Assembly: GCF_000281045.1 (NCBI RefSeq)
Contig: NW_008246165.1
Span: 85,604-149,603, forward strand
DNA length: 64,000 nt
Direction of reading: 5' to 3'
Source: Saprolegnia diclina VS20
Lineage: Eukaryota
Under the pieces are notes generated by a model. The model was not told where the DNA came from. It did not search any database and worked only from the letters and a program-made list of their open reading frames with translations. Position 1 is the stretch's first letter, and every line of letters starts with the position of its first letter. The translations under genes and the position numbers were made by a program. This document shows positions 47,902 through 60,138 of this stretch, one piece after another.

Positions 47902-50900
47902 TTAGAGCTTGGGTGTCGTCGGCAGCCGCTGCTTGAAGCGAGGAATGTCTTGCACTAGTATCGGGGCCGACGCTGTGTCCAAGAAGGTCTCGAATGGGAC
48001 GTTGGGCACCGAGTGGGCTTGGCCCACAACGTGCACACGCAGCTTCTGAGCCGACCGCAAGAACCAGTCGTCGTACGTGTGAAGAAGGTCCTCCTGCGTC
48101 ACAGCAAGCACGGCCGCGGCCATTGCGCCGTCGACGGTGTGTTGGCCGCTGAGGAGTGCAGCCCACGTCTCGTGCGGAGACGACGGCCGCTGCCAGAGGG
48201 CATGCACAGCGTCGAGACACAACGCGAGCGCGTCGGGCGAGAGGGCGCGCAAGACGGCGGGGAACGTCGTCTGCAGAAACGTATCCAAGCGGCGCGCGAT
48301 CGCACTGACATTCCACGTTGCCGACTCGACGAGAATGGCGACACCGAGCACGTTGTGCGTCACCTTGACATAGCACGCCACATGGTAGCCGACTTGGTCG
48401 AGCGTGCGCAGCTGGTGGAACAGCGGCTCGTTCATGAGCACCCGAAGGACGTTGGCAATCGCATATGCCCTTGGATGGAGCGCTCCGCACTGAAAATACA
48501 TCTCGACGCAGCTCGTGGTGTCGTCGCTGTGGGCGCTGGGGACGCGCACGAGAAGTCCGCGGCCGTCGTTGACGGGCAACGTCGACGCCTGGAGACGCTT
48601 GGGGCTGTACAATGTGTGGGACCTTGGCGACAGCATCTCTGGCATCGACACCATCGCGACAAGGTGACGAACAAGCGTTATTGCCGTGTCCGTAGAGGCG
48701 TTGCCAGCAACATAGCTCGTCAAGCGTGCTCGGGCAAAGAGCTTTGGTGCCGTGATGAACGCAGAGACTTCGCCAAGTGTCAAGCGCCGCAGAGCACGCA
48801 CAATATCGTCGAGCGCATGGTGCACGGGACTCGCGTCGAGCAGCTGGAGGCGAATGTACGTGGCCAGGGCCCCGACGTCAGCCACGTCGTCGGTGAGCTC
48901 GGCGCAAAGCCACTCGACAACGTGGTCCAGCTCGGTTGCGCGAGGTAGCTCGGGCCGCGTGAGCGCGTCGAAGAGGGTCGTGACGAGCGATGGGAGGTGT
49001 TGGCGGTAGCCAGCGACACGCACGTGGATGCTGCCGTCTTGCACGCGGAGGCTGATGTCCATGTCAGCGCATTGCGCGAAGTACGTTGTCTCGCGCAGCC
49101 GAAGCTCGGCGAGGCGGACATAGACCAACAACGTTGCGTGCGCATCGAGAGACGCTTGACCGAATGGCAGCACGAGCTGGAAAAATGCGGTGACGCGCGG
49201 CGACAAGGTACTGCGCTGGAGCCAATGGCGTCCAGGAACGTCCAGTCGCTTTGGCGTGGCGTCCGAACTCTCGGTTTCGATCGTAAAGTCGGTGGGCACG
49301 AACGGATTGCGCTGTGGGAGGCGGTAGGGCGCCGGGGTCGCCATGGTCCATCGCGCAAGGAGCTTTGCTGGGATCCGCGCTCTCTCATATGCAACTTCGC
49401 CCCAGGGCTCCTACAAAGAAGGCGTCAGCAAGACGCCGAAAATAAGACAATCTGAGCACCGTGCACGGCAACCGAGCGGAAAGCCCACGAATGTCGGACG
49501 AGTGGACGGTGGTGCGGAGCGCCACCTGCATGTTGGTCGGCACCAGACACGTGAGTAGCGAGGCGATGGCTGCGGGGTTGAAGGGCTGGTACAGACACGG
49601 TCCCAGGTGCAGACCCAACAGCTCTTTCCGGTCAATGTCCAGGCGGTCGAGCATGTACGTAGCTAGTGCTTGGACGCGACTGATGGCGTCAACGGGGGCC
49701 GGAAAAGCAAAAGCGACTTTGGCGGTTGCTTGAAACTCGGCGTGGATCCAGCTGGGACAATTCGACGAGCGCTGAAAATGATGCAAAATCGAGTAAACGT
49801 GCGACACAATGATGTCCCAGTGCGCAACACCGAGGAGGCTCAAGTCGATCTCGACCTCAAACATAGAGCCAAACGAGCCGTGCTCGTAGCCCTGCGTCTC
49901 GGCGATACCGGCTTCGATCCCCGTCGCCCACCCTTTCTGGCGCAGCTAGATCGCAGTCTTAGCACCTCGACGTCATCATGAACGTACGTAGTAGAGAAGC
50001 GATTTGCTGCCTTCGTGCCGCAACACATAGCGAATGTATTCGGCGGCCGCGAGCTGCGCCTGGCGGGCTCGGCCGGTGGTCGTTGGCGGCAGGGGAAAGA
50101 AAAGATACAAACCATGCGTCTCCGATATGGACCCAAACGTGAGCAGTCGACGGGGGGATGCAAGCCGCGGCAGCGGCGGATACCGCAGGCCTGGCGCAGT
50201 GCAGCTGGGAATGGCGCCGAACGACGCTCGAACGCACTGCGCCATGGTCGCCAAGGGTAAGGAGCTGCACACTGCAAGCTTCATGCGCTCTGCCGTGTAG
50301 TGTTGCTCGAAAAATCCGCGGAGGGCCAACCGCACGTTGATATTGTCCTTTGAGGGGGCGTCCTTGAGACTCGCAATGTTGCCCCACCCAAATTGGTGGT
50401 ACGGGTGCGTCGAGCCATCGCGTCGTCCTGCGTCACAGAGCACTTGCTACATACATACATGTAGGCACGACGCTAGGCAGCAAAGTACCTGCAGGCGCAC
50501 GCGGTCGTGCTGACCCGCCGACTGGAACTCATCGTCGACTGCGAGGAGCTCGCGGTCCATGGCCTCTTGGAGGAGGAGCGGGGCGATGAAAAAATTGGCA
50601 AAAATATCGAGCGCCTTGGATAAACCGCGTGGCGCGACTTCGAAGAAATACTTGGTCACTTCGCAGTCGGTCGCTGCGTTGCTGTAGCCCCCGTAGCGGC
50701 TCAGGTAGGCTTCGAACGCGTTCTCTTGCGGGTACTTGGCGCTGCCTACGCCGGCGTCTGCTTGGTCAGCTTCAAGGGTAGCCTACATACCCATAAAGAG
50801 CATGTGCTCAAGGTAGTGCGCCAAGCCCAAGAGCTGCGGCGGGTCGGCAAACGTGCCCACGCCCACGGTAAGGCAGGCCGCCGCCATCTCGGCCACCTCG

Positions 50901-51034
50901 TGCTCGTCCTCGCCTGGCGCCGCTAGTGTCGGGGGAGCGTGCACCAAGAGGACTTCAAGACCGTTGGGCAGCTCAAGCAGCTCGTAGGCGCTCGTGTCGC
51001 TCGGCGGTTTGGACGCGTCGACGACCGACGTCAT
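47902..51034 (-). CDS. Second M16A insulysin-like peptidase (no acidic insert), multi-exon
   Basis: KPPSDTSAYELLELPNGL, GLAHYLEHMLFMG, RELLAVDDEF, WGNIASL, HEGSKSLL, NPFVPTDF, EPLFHQLRTLDQVGY; several intron positions shared with the 40068 gene. Confidence 0.88.
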
Positions 51035-51221
51035 GCGAAACGAGACCAACGATGGTCATTCACATCGAGAGCGGCTAACAATAGCTTATATTCGGCAGAT
51101 GCCGAATCCACGTGGCAGTCTGTGGGCGACGCAAAAATACAGTGTTTCAAAATCCTGTCACCTGTGACAATGCATGCTCACAATCCGACTCATTATCAAG
51201 TCAAAGAGGTGTATCAGCCCA

Positions 51222-53258
51222 ATGGCGAGCTTCGGAGACATCCTGCTGGGCTGCCCGCCCGTGGCCGCCATCATCTTTGGCTACCAAGAGGGCATCACCG
51301 AAGACGCTTTGCCGTACTTTGACCACTTCCACGAGCACGTGCTCTACGCTACACCCGATGGTCACCATGAGGCCGTCTTTATGTTCCTCAACGAGTCCGG
51401 CGGCGTCGAGCGCCTCCAGCCCGCCGAATTGGCCTTGCTCGAGCAGCGCGACAGCCGCTTTCCACTGCACTTGGTCATCTACAACGGCGATTTAGAGGCC
51501 ACGCAGCGCCTTGTACGCGGTGCCCCGTCCATCGTCTCGGTCGACGCGATCCACTGCGCCTTCCACCGCGGCCGCACAGCGATCGCAAAGTACCTTCTCG
51601 ACGTCCGCGCGCGCTCGCCCACACTCTTTGAGTCGCCATCGTCGTCAGCCACAACGCTAGACCAAGCGCAGCGCAGAGTTCTCTGCCGCTACGACGACGT
51701 GGAGCTTCTCAAGCTCTTTGACGCGTTCGCGTCACCAACGTGGTCGCGCGACAACTGCGTGATGGTCTTCAAGCATCGCCGCGCACACGTCGCCGAGTAC
51801 TTGTACAAGCACCACGAAGCCAGCTGGGCGACGCTCGATGTGTGTACGTTGGCGAGCGAGTGTGGCCTCACGGGCATCTTGCGGCTTCTCGCTGCACGCG
51901 GGGCTCTCACGCCAAGGGCCATTGACATTGCGACTCAGTATGGGCGCGCTGACGCAGTGGCCTTCTTGCGCACCGAGTGTGGCCAAGATGTCTCGAATGA
52001 CGTGTGGGTCAAAGTGGCGAACAGTGGGCTCGTCCGAGTGCTGGAGCTCTTGCCAGTACCTGCGGACGACGAGATCGTGACGGCCGCCGCCAAGTACGCC
52101 GCTGCAAACGGCCAGCTCAACGTGCTTGGGTTCCTTACGTCCAACTCGGCTGTCTCGCTGAGTGGCGCCGTCCGCGCGGCGGTGGCAGCCCACCGCGCCA
52201 ACGTCGTTGACTTTGTGCTCGCGCTCGATCCGACTGTCGACGTCGGGTTCGCCCCCACCCACCCAACCTTCTTGACGTGTCTCTTGATCGCCGCCCAGCA
52301 AGGGCGTCATCGCGTCCTCGAGATCCTCTTCGAGCGGAAGGCATTCACGCCGACACGGGCGATCGTCGACGCCGCCGCGTCATCCGGCAGTGTCGAGCTC
52401 GTCACATGGCTGTGCACGGTGACCGCCGACATCGTCACGCAGACCCCGAGCGCGCTCGCGTTGGCCGTCGCCTTGGGGCATATCGACGTCGCCGACGTCT
52501 TGATGGCCCACGGGCTTGTACTCGACGCCGGCACCGAGATCGCCGGCTTGCACGTTTCCAAATTGGACGCAGTGCTGGCTTTTGCGACCGAGCACCGACT
52601 GCCGATTGCCATCAATTGTCTGCACATGGCGTGTGCCAAGGGTCTTGTCGACGTCGTCGCACGCCTTCTTCCGCTCTTTTCGCCGGCGACGGCGGCGTCC
52701 ATGGTGGACGTTGCGTTTGGCTGCAGCCGCCCGGACGTTCTCCGGCTCTTGGCGCAGCATGGTGCGCCGATCACGCCCGAGATGCTCCTCCGGGCACTCG
52801 AATGCGATGCGTGGGCCTCGTTCCACGTTCTGTGCGACCTTTGCCCTGTCACGGACGCCGTACTGGCACGCGCGGTGCGACTCGCGACCGATGACGTGGC
52901 GCGACTCCAGTACGTCGAGTACTGCCTGCCATTACACCCCCCAAGCGTCGTTCGAGACCTCGTGCGCTCGTGCCCAACTCTTCACGTGCAGCTTCTCGCG
53001 ACCCTCTTGCCAGCTTGCATGCACCCCAATGAGCCTCTGGACAACTTGAAGTTCCTCATCGAGTTGAGCGACGCGGCGTGCAAAGCCTCGAACGCCACGT
53101 TTCGGCGACTGCTGTCATTCATTGCGATCGAAGCCGACCGCGCAACGTGCCCGCTACCGGCATCGATCTGTGTGACGGCGCGCGGGGAACTCTCAGCGAC
53201 GCAAACAGCGCTCGAGGCGTGGTGCCCCACGGTAGCTCCGGCATGTAGTAGTGGCTGA
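51222..53258 (+). CDS. Ankyrin-like repeat family member (678 aa)
   Basis: MASFGDILLGCPPVAAIIFGYQEG, DSRFPLHLVI, AIHCAF, AAANGQLNVL repeats, LLPACMHPNEPLDNL. Confidence 0.82.
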   Translation: MASFGDILLGCPPVAAIIFGYQEGITEDALPYFDHFHEHVLYATPDGHHEAVFMFLNESGGVERLQPAELALLEQRDSRFPLHLVIYNGDLEATQRLVRGAPSIVSVDAIHCAFHRGRTAIAKYLLDVRARSPTLFESPSSSATTLDQAQRRVLCRYDDVELLKLFDAFASPTWSRDNCVMVFKHRRAHVAEYLYKHHEASWATLDVCTLASECGLTGILRLLAARGALTPRAIDIATQYGRADAVAFLRTECGQDVSNDVWVKVANSGLVRVLELLPVPADDEIVTAAAKYAAANGQLNVLGFLTSNSAVSLSGAVRAAVAAHRANVVDFVLALDPTVDVGFAPTHPTFLTCLLIAAQQGRHRVLEILFERKAFTPTRAIVDAAASSGSVELVTWLCTVTADIVTQTPSALALAVALGHIDVADVLMAHGLVLDAGTEIAGLHVSKLDAVLAFATEHRLPIAINCLHMACAKGLVDVVARLLPLFSPATAASMVDVAFGCSRPDVLRLLAQHGAPITPEMLLRALECDAWASFHVLCDLCPVTDAVLARAVRLATDDVARLQYVEYCLPLHPPSVVRDLVRSCPTLHVQLLATLLPACMHPNEPLDNLKFLIELSDAACKASNATFRRLLSFIAIEADRATCPLPASICVTARGELSATQTALEAWCPTVAPACSSG

Positions 53259-53375
53259 CAACCTCATCGAAATATTTGGTTTCATCAACATCTCACTGCA
53301 CACACTGCGGTCGTTGAGAGCTGTCGAGTGACGCTTGGTAATTTTACGGTTACCTGGCTGCTCCATCCAAACAAG

Positions 53376-56300
53376 ATGAGCAAGCCGCCGTCGCTCTCTC
53401 GGCGCAACTCGCTCTCGAATTTGCTGCGTCGACCGGCGTCCGACGATGCCAACCGCGGCAAGCAGCTCTGGGGCAAAGTGCGCGAGAACCTCCAAGTGCT
53501 CGTACCGCCCAAGCCGACGACGCGGTACCGGCGCGTCGCGCGGCCGCCGCTCATGCTGGACCCGCACAGCGACTTGAAGCTGCAGTGGGACCTCCTCGTC
53601 GGCGCGCTCGTCGTGTACACGACGGCGGTCGTCCCGTACCGCGTGAGCTTTTCGATTGACGCGAGCGGCTTCTTCTACGTGTTTGAGACGCTCATGGACG
53701 TCGTCTTCACGCTGGACATTATGCTCTCGTTCCGAACAGGGATAACGTCGCCGGTCACGGGCCTCGTCTACTACAACAAGCAGCACATTGCGCTTGCGTA
53801 CCTCAAAGGCTGGTTCCTCATCGACTTTGTCTCGACCGTGCCGATCGCAACAGTGGCGACGCTTGTCGACCCGACGCTCAACTCAAACGCGCTCAATACC
53901 GCACGCGTCTTCCGCGCGCTCAAGCTCGCCCGGCTCCTCAAGCTCGCCCGGATCCGCAACATTGCCCACATGCTGGCCAAGTGGGAAGAAGAGGTACGCA
54001 ATTTTTTTTCGATTTTTGATTGTTGGATTTTTATGGGTTTGGAATTTGAAATGAATGGATTCATACAATATACTGTGGCGGCGTAGATGTTTGTGAACGA
54101 AAGTCTCCTCTCGCTGCTCAAGATTCTCTTTTTCGTATTTTTCCTGGCGCACATTGTCGCGTGCGTGTGGTTTTACGCGTCGACGGCCAACCCGTGCGAT
54201 TTTTTATCGTGAAAAATGGATATACTCATGGGACACAATGACTAGCCATTCGTGGGCAGCGACCATCGGTCTCATGGACGAGAACCACGGACACAAGCAG
54301 ACGCTGCAGTACCTCGTGTCGCTCTACTGGGCCATCGTGACCATGGTATGACATATTGCCGTCCAGTCGCTCGACATAGTGTACGTAGTCGTCGGTCGGG
54401 TACGGCGACGTGGTGCCCCAGACGAAGCTCGAGATGGCGATCGCGATGTTTGTCATGGTCATTGGCGTCGTTATGTTTGGTTACGTGATTGGGAACATCA
54501 CATCGCTCGTTGACAACCTCAACGCGAGCGGCCGCATGCAGCACGAACGCATGACCCTCATCAAGGAGTACATCATCGTGCGCAGTCTGCCCAAGATGAC
54601 AGGTCGTCCTTTCTCTTGATATCTTGCTATCTGCAACCCGACGTAGCCAAGCGGCTTTTGGACCATTACGAATACTACTACCGGCATCGCTCCGTGTTTG
54701 ACGAAGACGCCATTTTGAAAAACATCCCGAGCATCCTTCGGCACGAAGTGGTATCGAATATTGTTGATACTGGACGATGCTCGTCCAATATAGCGCGTAG
54801 GTCCACCATGTTCTGCGCAAGTTTGTGGCGCGCATCGACTTTCTCTCCGAGTTCCACGAAGGCCTCGTGAGCGACATGGCCGTCGCGATGCACCCGTTCT
54901 TTGTCGTCAAGAACGAGAGCATTTTCGTTCAGCACGAGATCGCGGCCCATGTTTTCTTTCTCATGAAGGGTATCGAACCCTGTACCAGCTGGTGCGGAAA
55001 CAAATGTTTGTCGCTGATTAGGGTCCGCGACGCTCGTCAAGTCGTATGTGAACCAAATGGGCGAGACGGAGCTCATGCAGCTCTCGCCGGGCGTGCACTT
55101 TGGCGAGATCGAGCTCTACCACCTGCGCTTTGGCCGCGGCGTGCGCCTCTGCACGGCCATGGCCAAGACGTACTGCGAGCTTACGTTTCTGTCCCGTCAA
55201 GTCATTGCCACCATTGGTATAGACCATTATCAGTACTGCGACACCCACCAATGGCATAGGCGAAACTTGGCCCGAAGTGCTCATTCACTTTGAAAAGACC
55301 GCGAATCGAAAGGTCCGCCTCATGGCCAAGCGCGGCCAACTCGACGAGTTCAACACGATCTTGGACAAGAAGCCGTCGGCGTCGAGTCTTCGGCACCGGC
55401 GCACGGTCGACGCCGCGGTACGACTGAATGATTCCGCCTGCGCCCGCTCATCTAATCGATGTAGCGAGCCTCTCCGTTAGAGCGGCGCGATGGCATGTCG
55501 CTGCCGCTGCCAGCGTTTGCGACCATACCCTCGATCGACGGCTTGCAAGCCATCGACTTTGGGTCGTCGTCGTCGGACGACAGCGGCGACGACGAGAACG
55601 AGGACGTGAAGCGCGTCAGCAGTGCATTCCAGCTCGACACGCAGATCGCTCGGATCCAAACAGCGATCCGCCCGCTGGTCAACGAGCAAAAGGTAGGAAA
55701 CGACGTCCGAGGACTCCTATGTCACTCAAACGAGGTAGCTCGCGCATCAAAATTGGATCGTCCACCCCCACGACGCGTTTCTCATCAACTGGCAGCTCAC
55801 GGTCGCCACGGGAATCATATACTCGACCATCATGGTGCCGTATCGCATTGGGTATGGATCTAGTCCTGGATCTATAGCTCATCTGGGCTAGCTTCAACTC
55901 GGATCCGTCCGGGCAAGGGCTCGGCGTCGACCTCTTTGTGGACTTTGTCTTCTTCATCGACATCATCATTTCGTTCCGGACTGCGTTCTACACGGCCGAG
56001 CACCAGCTCGTGTACCAAGCGAGGACGATCACGTTTGGGTACTTGCGCGGCTGGTTCTTCATCGACATTGTCTCGACCGTGCCCATCGACACGATCGGCG
56101 GGTGCGTCCTCGACTGGCTCCATATATTTTCAAAGTGGACCAAACTAGTCTCTTCTTGTCGACCGCCTCGTCGGCCAAGGTGCTCTCGTCGACGAAAATT
56201 CTGCGCATTTTCCGCATTGCGCGCATCTTCAAGCTCATTCGGCTGCTCAAGATCGGCAAAGTGTTTGGCCGCGTGCGCGACGCGATCCAGGTCCGCTTCG

Positions 56301-57872
56301 CCATGGCCGTGGCCCCTCATGGGACGCGTAGCTGAGTCCGTCGAGCGAGCGGCTCCTGAAGCTGGTCATGATTATGGTGCTTTTCGGGCACTGGAACGGG
56401 TGTATCTTCCACTTCATCATGCTCCAAGAGGAAGATCTCGGGTGCGTCGCTCGTCACCGCCGGAGATACAAGGCGGCTTGTCTAGGCTTCGGACGTGGTG
56501 CACGGAATATTTTTTCCCGAAAAACGAAGACCCGGGGCTGTGTTCGAACCGCGTCGCGCTGGGCGACCGGTACTTGGCCTCGGTTTACTGGGCGTTTACG
56601 ACCATGGCGACCGTCGGGTACATTGCTATTGGTCTAGAAAAATACTGATAGACCGTGCAGCTATGGGGACATTCACCCGTACCGGTTCTCGGTGAGCGAA
56701 ATTCTGTTTACGATCGTGTGTCTCTTGGTCAACTCGACGATTTACGCCTACGTCGTGAGCGGCATCATCGAGGTCATCTACAACTACGACCCGAGCGCGC
56801 GCGAATATAGTAACCGACAGAACGCGATGAAGGTATCGACCACTGGTGCATCGCCTATTATAACATAACGTCTATTAGGATTACGTGCGCGAGTCGGGGC
56901 TCTCGGCGCGGTTGAGCCACAACGTGCGCCACCACTACGACTACCTCCTCTCGACCATGTGCCTCTTGCCCGAGGAGAAAGTACGCGCCGGTTATATGTC
57001 TCGTCTATAACGCATTTGTATCATTGCACTAGATCTTTAGTCAGCTGCGCCCGAGCCTCCGCTTTGACTTGGCGCGGCTCGTCGCGTCCAACACCTTTCT
57101 CACGATCGGTCTCATTGCTGGCATGGAGAAGCGCTACAAAGGTATACGTCACGACATAATTTGGGATATATAAGCAGGACAAATCATGATTAGGCTTTGT
57201 GAGCTACGCCATGTTCCTCCTCAAGCCGCAGCTTGTGCTACGCAGCGAGCGCGTCTGCCACAGCGGCAGCCCAGGCACTGAAATGTACTTCATTCTGGAC
57301 GGCGAGTGCGAGCAGCTCGACAAGGACAACCGCAACGCGCGTGTGGTCGGGTATGCAACAACATGTGGTTTGGTGTTGATGCTTATGATGTTGATCGATA
57401 CCATGCGTAGCGAGGGCGGGATCATTGAGGCGTACGCGCTTCTCGCCCATCCCGACGAGCACTACCGCATGGAGAGCTCCGTGACGGTCCTCACAAAGTC
57501 GTGCGAACTCTACTCCTTTGCCGTCCACGACTTTCAGTACAATATTCATGTATTGAAGACTGTTTAACGAATGGCTATAGGACAATTGCGTCCATTTCGC
57601 CGGCGATCTCGTCCAACATGTCGTACGAACTCGCGCGGAGCATCATCCAAGACGACTTTTTGAGGCTCACAGAGCTCCAAGCCCGGCGCGTGGCCGCCGC
57701 GATCGAGCACGAGAAAAAGTACCACCCCGTGGCGACCCTACCCCTCGACAACCTGCCGAACGTGGTTTTGACGACGGTCAAGGCGACGACAGGCGACACA
57801 CTCACGATGCACATCAAACAAACCGTCCACAAGCTGGCCGTGCAGACAAGCCACGCCCACCCCGCGGAATAA
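53376..57872 (+). CDS. Tandem two-repeat voltage-gated/cyclic-nucleotide-binding-domain K+ channel, multi-exon
   Basis: Repeat 1: YLKGWFLIDFVSTVP, S4 RVFRALKLARLLKLAR, YWAIVTM-SSVGYGD, CNBD FGE...R. Repeat 2: YLRGWFFIDIVSTVP, S4 LRIFRIARIFKLIRLLK, YWAFTTMATVGYGD, GTEMYFILDG. Confidence 0.9.
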
Positions 57873-57924
57873 ATATCAAAACGCCACGAAAACTACATTT
57901 CAAAGTGTTTGTTAGCTTGCTGTC

Positions 57925-58299
57925 NNNNNNNNNNNNNNNNNNNNNNNNNNNNNNNNNNNNNNNNNNNNNNNNNNNNNNNNNNNNNNNNNNNNNNNNNNNN
58001 NNNNNNNNNNNNNNNNNNNNNNNNNNNNNNNNNNNNNNNNNNNNNNNNNNNNNNNNNNNNNNNNNNNNNNNNNNNNNNNNNNNNNNNNNNNNNNNNNNNN
58101 NNNNNNNNNNNNNNNNNNNNNNNNNNNNNNNNNNNNNNNNNNNNNNNNNNNNNNNNNNNNNNNNNNNNNNNNNNNNNNNNNNNNNNNNNNNNNNNNNNNN
58201 NNNNNNNNNNNNNNNNNNNNNNNNNNNNNNNNNNNNNNNNNNNNNNNNNNNNNNNNNNNNNNNNNNNNNNNNNNNNNNNNNNNNNNNNNNNNNNNNNNN
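57925..58299. other. Assembly gap (375 N)
   Basis: Run of N characters. Confidence 1.
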
Positions 58300-59859
58300 A
58301 TCCATGACGCAGGGTAAGAGAGCACCGAGGCATCCTCTGTGCACGCAGAGCGCGTCGGAGAGAAGATGGCGAGGGTGCCCGACCCCCTCCTCCAGCAGAA
58401 AATCGATGGCGTCGACGGCGTTGTTGGCAATGGAGCTGCGCAAGAGGTCGTCGTCGCGGAGCTCGGGCTGGTTTGCCCAAAGCTCCAAGACCACTCCAAA
58501 CATACCATGCACAAGGGCACACTCGATGCCAGTGAGCGTCGCGCCTTCGCTTCGATGGGCCATGAGAAAATCGACGATGGCCCAATGCTGCTTGTACGCG
58601 GCTCGGTCGATGGCTTCAGGTGCCGACGCTGCGCCGTGGTCGTGGAGGTAGATGGCGACGTCCATGTCGCCTCGCTCACAAGCGTTGATCATCCAGGTAG
58701 CGTCAAGCACAACACCACGCTCGATGAAAAAGGCTGCGATTTCCAGGATGCCCGACGTTTGCTTTCTGATGACTTTTGAAAAGTACTCTGCGGCGTTCTC
58801 CAGCGAGCACCCGAGCGAGAGAAAGTGCATGGCGAGGAACACTAGGTCCGACACGGGCGCGTCGACGCGCACGGTAGTGTCGGTCGCGCGTCGATTGGCC
58901 ACAAGGTACCGCACAACGTCGTCGTGGCCCAAGTAGGCGGCTGAGAACGTAGCCATGATGGCATTATCCAACGTCCCGAGCTCGTGCAGGTAGATGACGA
59001 CGGCCAAGTGTCCATGCACCGCCGCATTCTGAAGCGTCGTCCGCGACGGCACTTGGTGGCACTGCTCAATGAGGAAGCGGACGACGTCAACATGACCATT
59101 CGTAGCGGCCGCGTCCAGTGCGGCCAAAGTGCAGTTGGCACCTTGCGCGACGAGGTCGATGACGATCTCCAAGAGACCTTGGGCGGCGGCGTCGTCCACG
59201 AAGCCGACGTACACGGCTTGTGGCATGTGCTTGTACAAAAACGCAATGGCACGCGGCGCATAGTAGAGACTGGCCAAACGCAGTAGACCGTCCGGCCACT
59301 CGAGTTGGCGGCGACGCCACAGCAGTGCTAAGACATCCGCATTGTTGGTCGACAGCAGCGCGGCGGGCAGCCAGGCGTCCAGCGCCCGCGAGACACAACC
59401 CAAGGTCTCGTCGTCAAAGTTGCGGTCGACAGCGTGCGTCTGCAGTAAAAAGTCTGCGATCTCAAGATGGCCAGTCATGAGCGCCGCCTCGATGGCTTCT
59501 TGGTACACGAGGTCGGGGCGGCAGGCGACGATCCGCTGCGTCGCGACCAAGTCACCTTCGCAAATCGCCAAGTGCAGCGGGAAGCGAGCGTCGCGCGTGC
59601 ACAGCGTACTGAGGCACAAGCTTGCAGCGGCAAAGCCTTTCGTCGAGCCAACGTCGTCGACAGGATAGCATGTGACGAAGGTCGCGTCAAGAGCGTACTC
59701 GACTTTGTCCGGCCGCCGTGTGTCGTCCGGAAGACGGTCCGCGAGGTGGTTGAAGTCGCGGAAGCGAGACGCGACGTCTGCGTAGACGCCAAACTGGAAG
59801 CCGAAGATGACCGATGCGATCGGAGGCTGGGCTAGGACGACGCTGGAGAAGGTCGCCAT
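58300..59859 (-). CDS. Ankyrin-like repeat family member (copy B), 3' end in the gap
   Basis: MATFSSVVLAQPPIASVIFGFQFG, DARFPLHLAI; near-identical to 16192-17805; open up to the gap. Confidence 0.82.
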
Positions 59860-59906
59860 GGAATCGAGGTGTGGGCCAATACTTGCGATGTCAACGCTGC
59901 CTTGTG

Positions 59907-59945
59907 ATTGGGTACCATCAACATATCCGGAATCAGAGGCCCAAT
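59907..59945. promoter_or_regulatory. ATTGG..TATCCGGAA..CCAAT module
   Basis: Reverse complement aligns with 16092-16135 (ttttgattgggc...ttccggata...tggta.ccaatc). Confidence 0.55.
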
Positions 59946-60138
59946 CAAAATGAGTTTTTCGATTTGCGATCTCCAGTCACCTCGATTTGCATCCCTCCAG
60001 CGAGGCGGCATGGTGTCAATAATGACCCATGGAGGCGGTCAGCCGACCCAAACTTGATAATTTATCAAGTCGAGAGGAAATGTCCGGATATATCTGGAGG
60101 AGCTTCGACAACACATTTGGTGGCATTTTACGATCGGC

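Noticed and set aside
49385..49460. Suspected frameshift in the second M16A peptidase
   Set aside because: Re-reading shows tag|GAG CCC TGG GGC GAA in frame with a phase-0 GT donor; gene intact here.
57814..58299. ORF extensions through the N run
   Set aside because: Artefact of the gap; the true 3' end of copy B is unknown.
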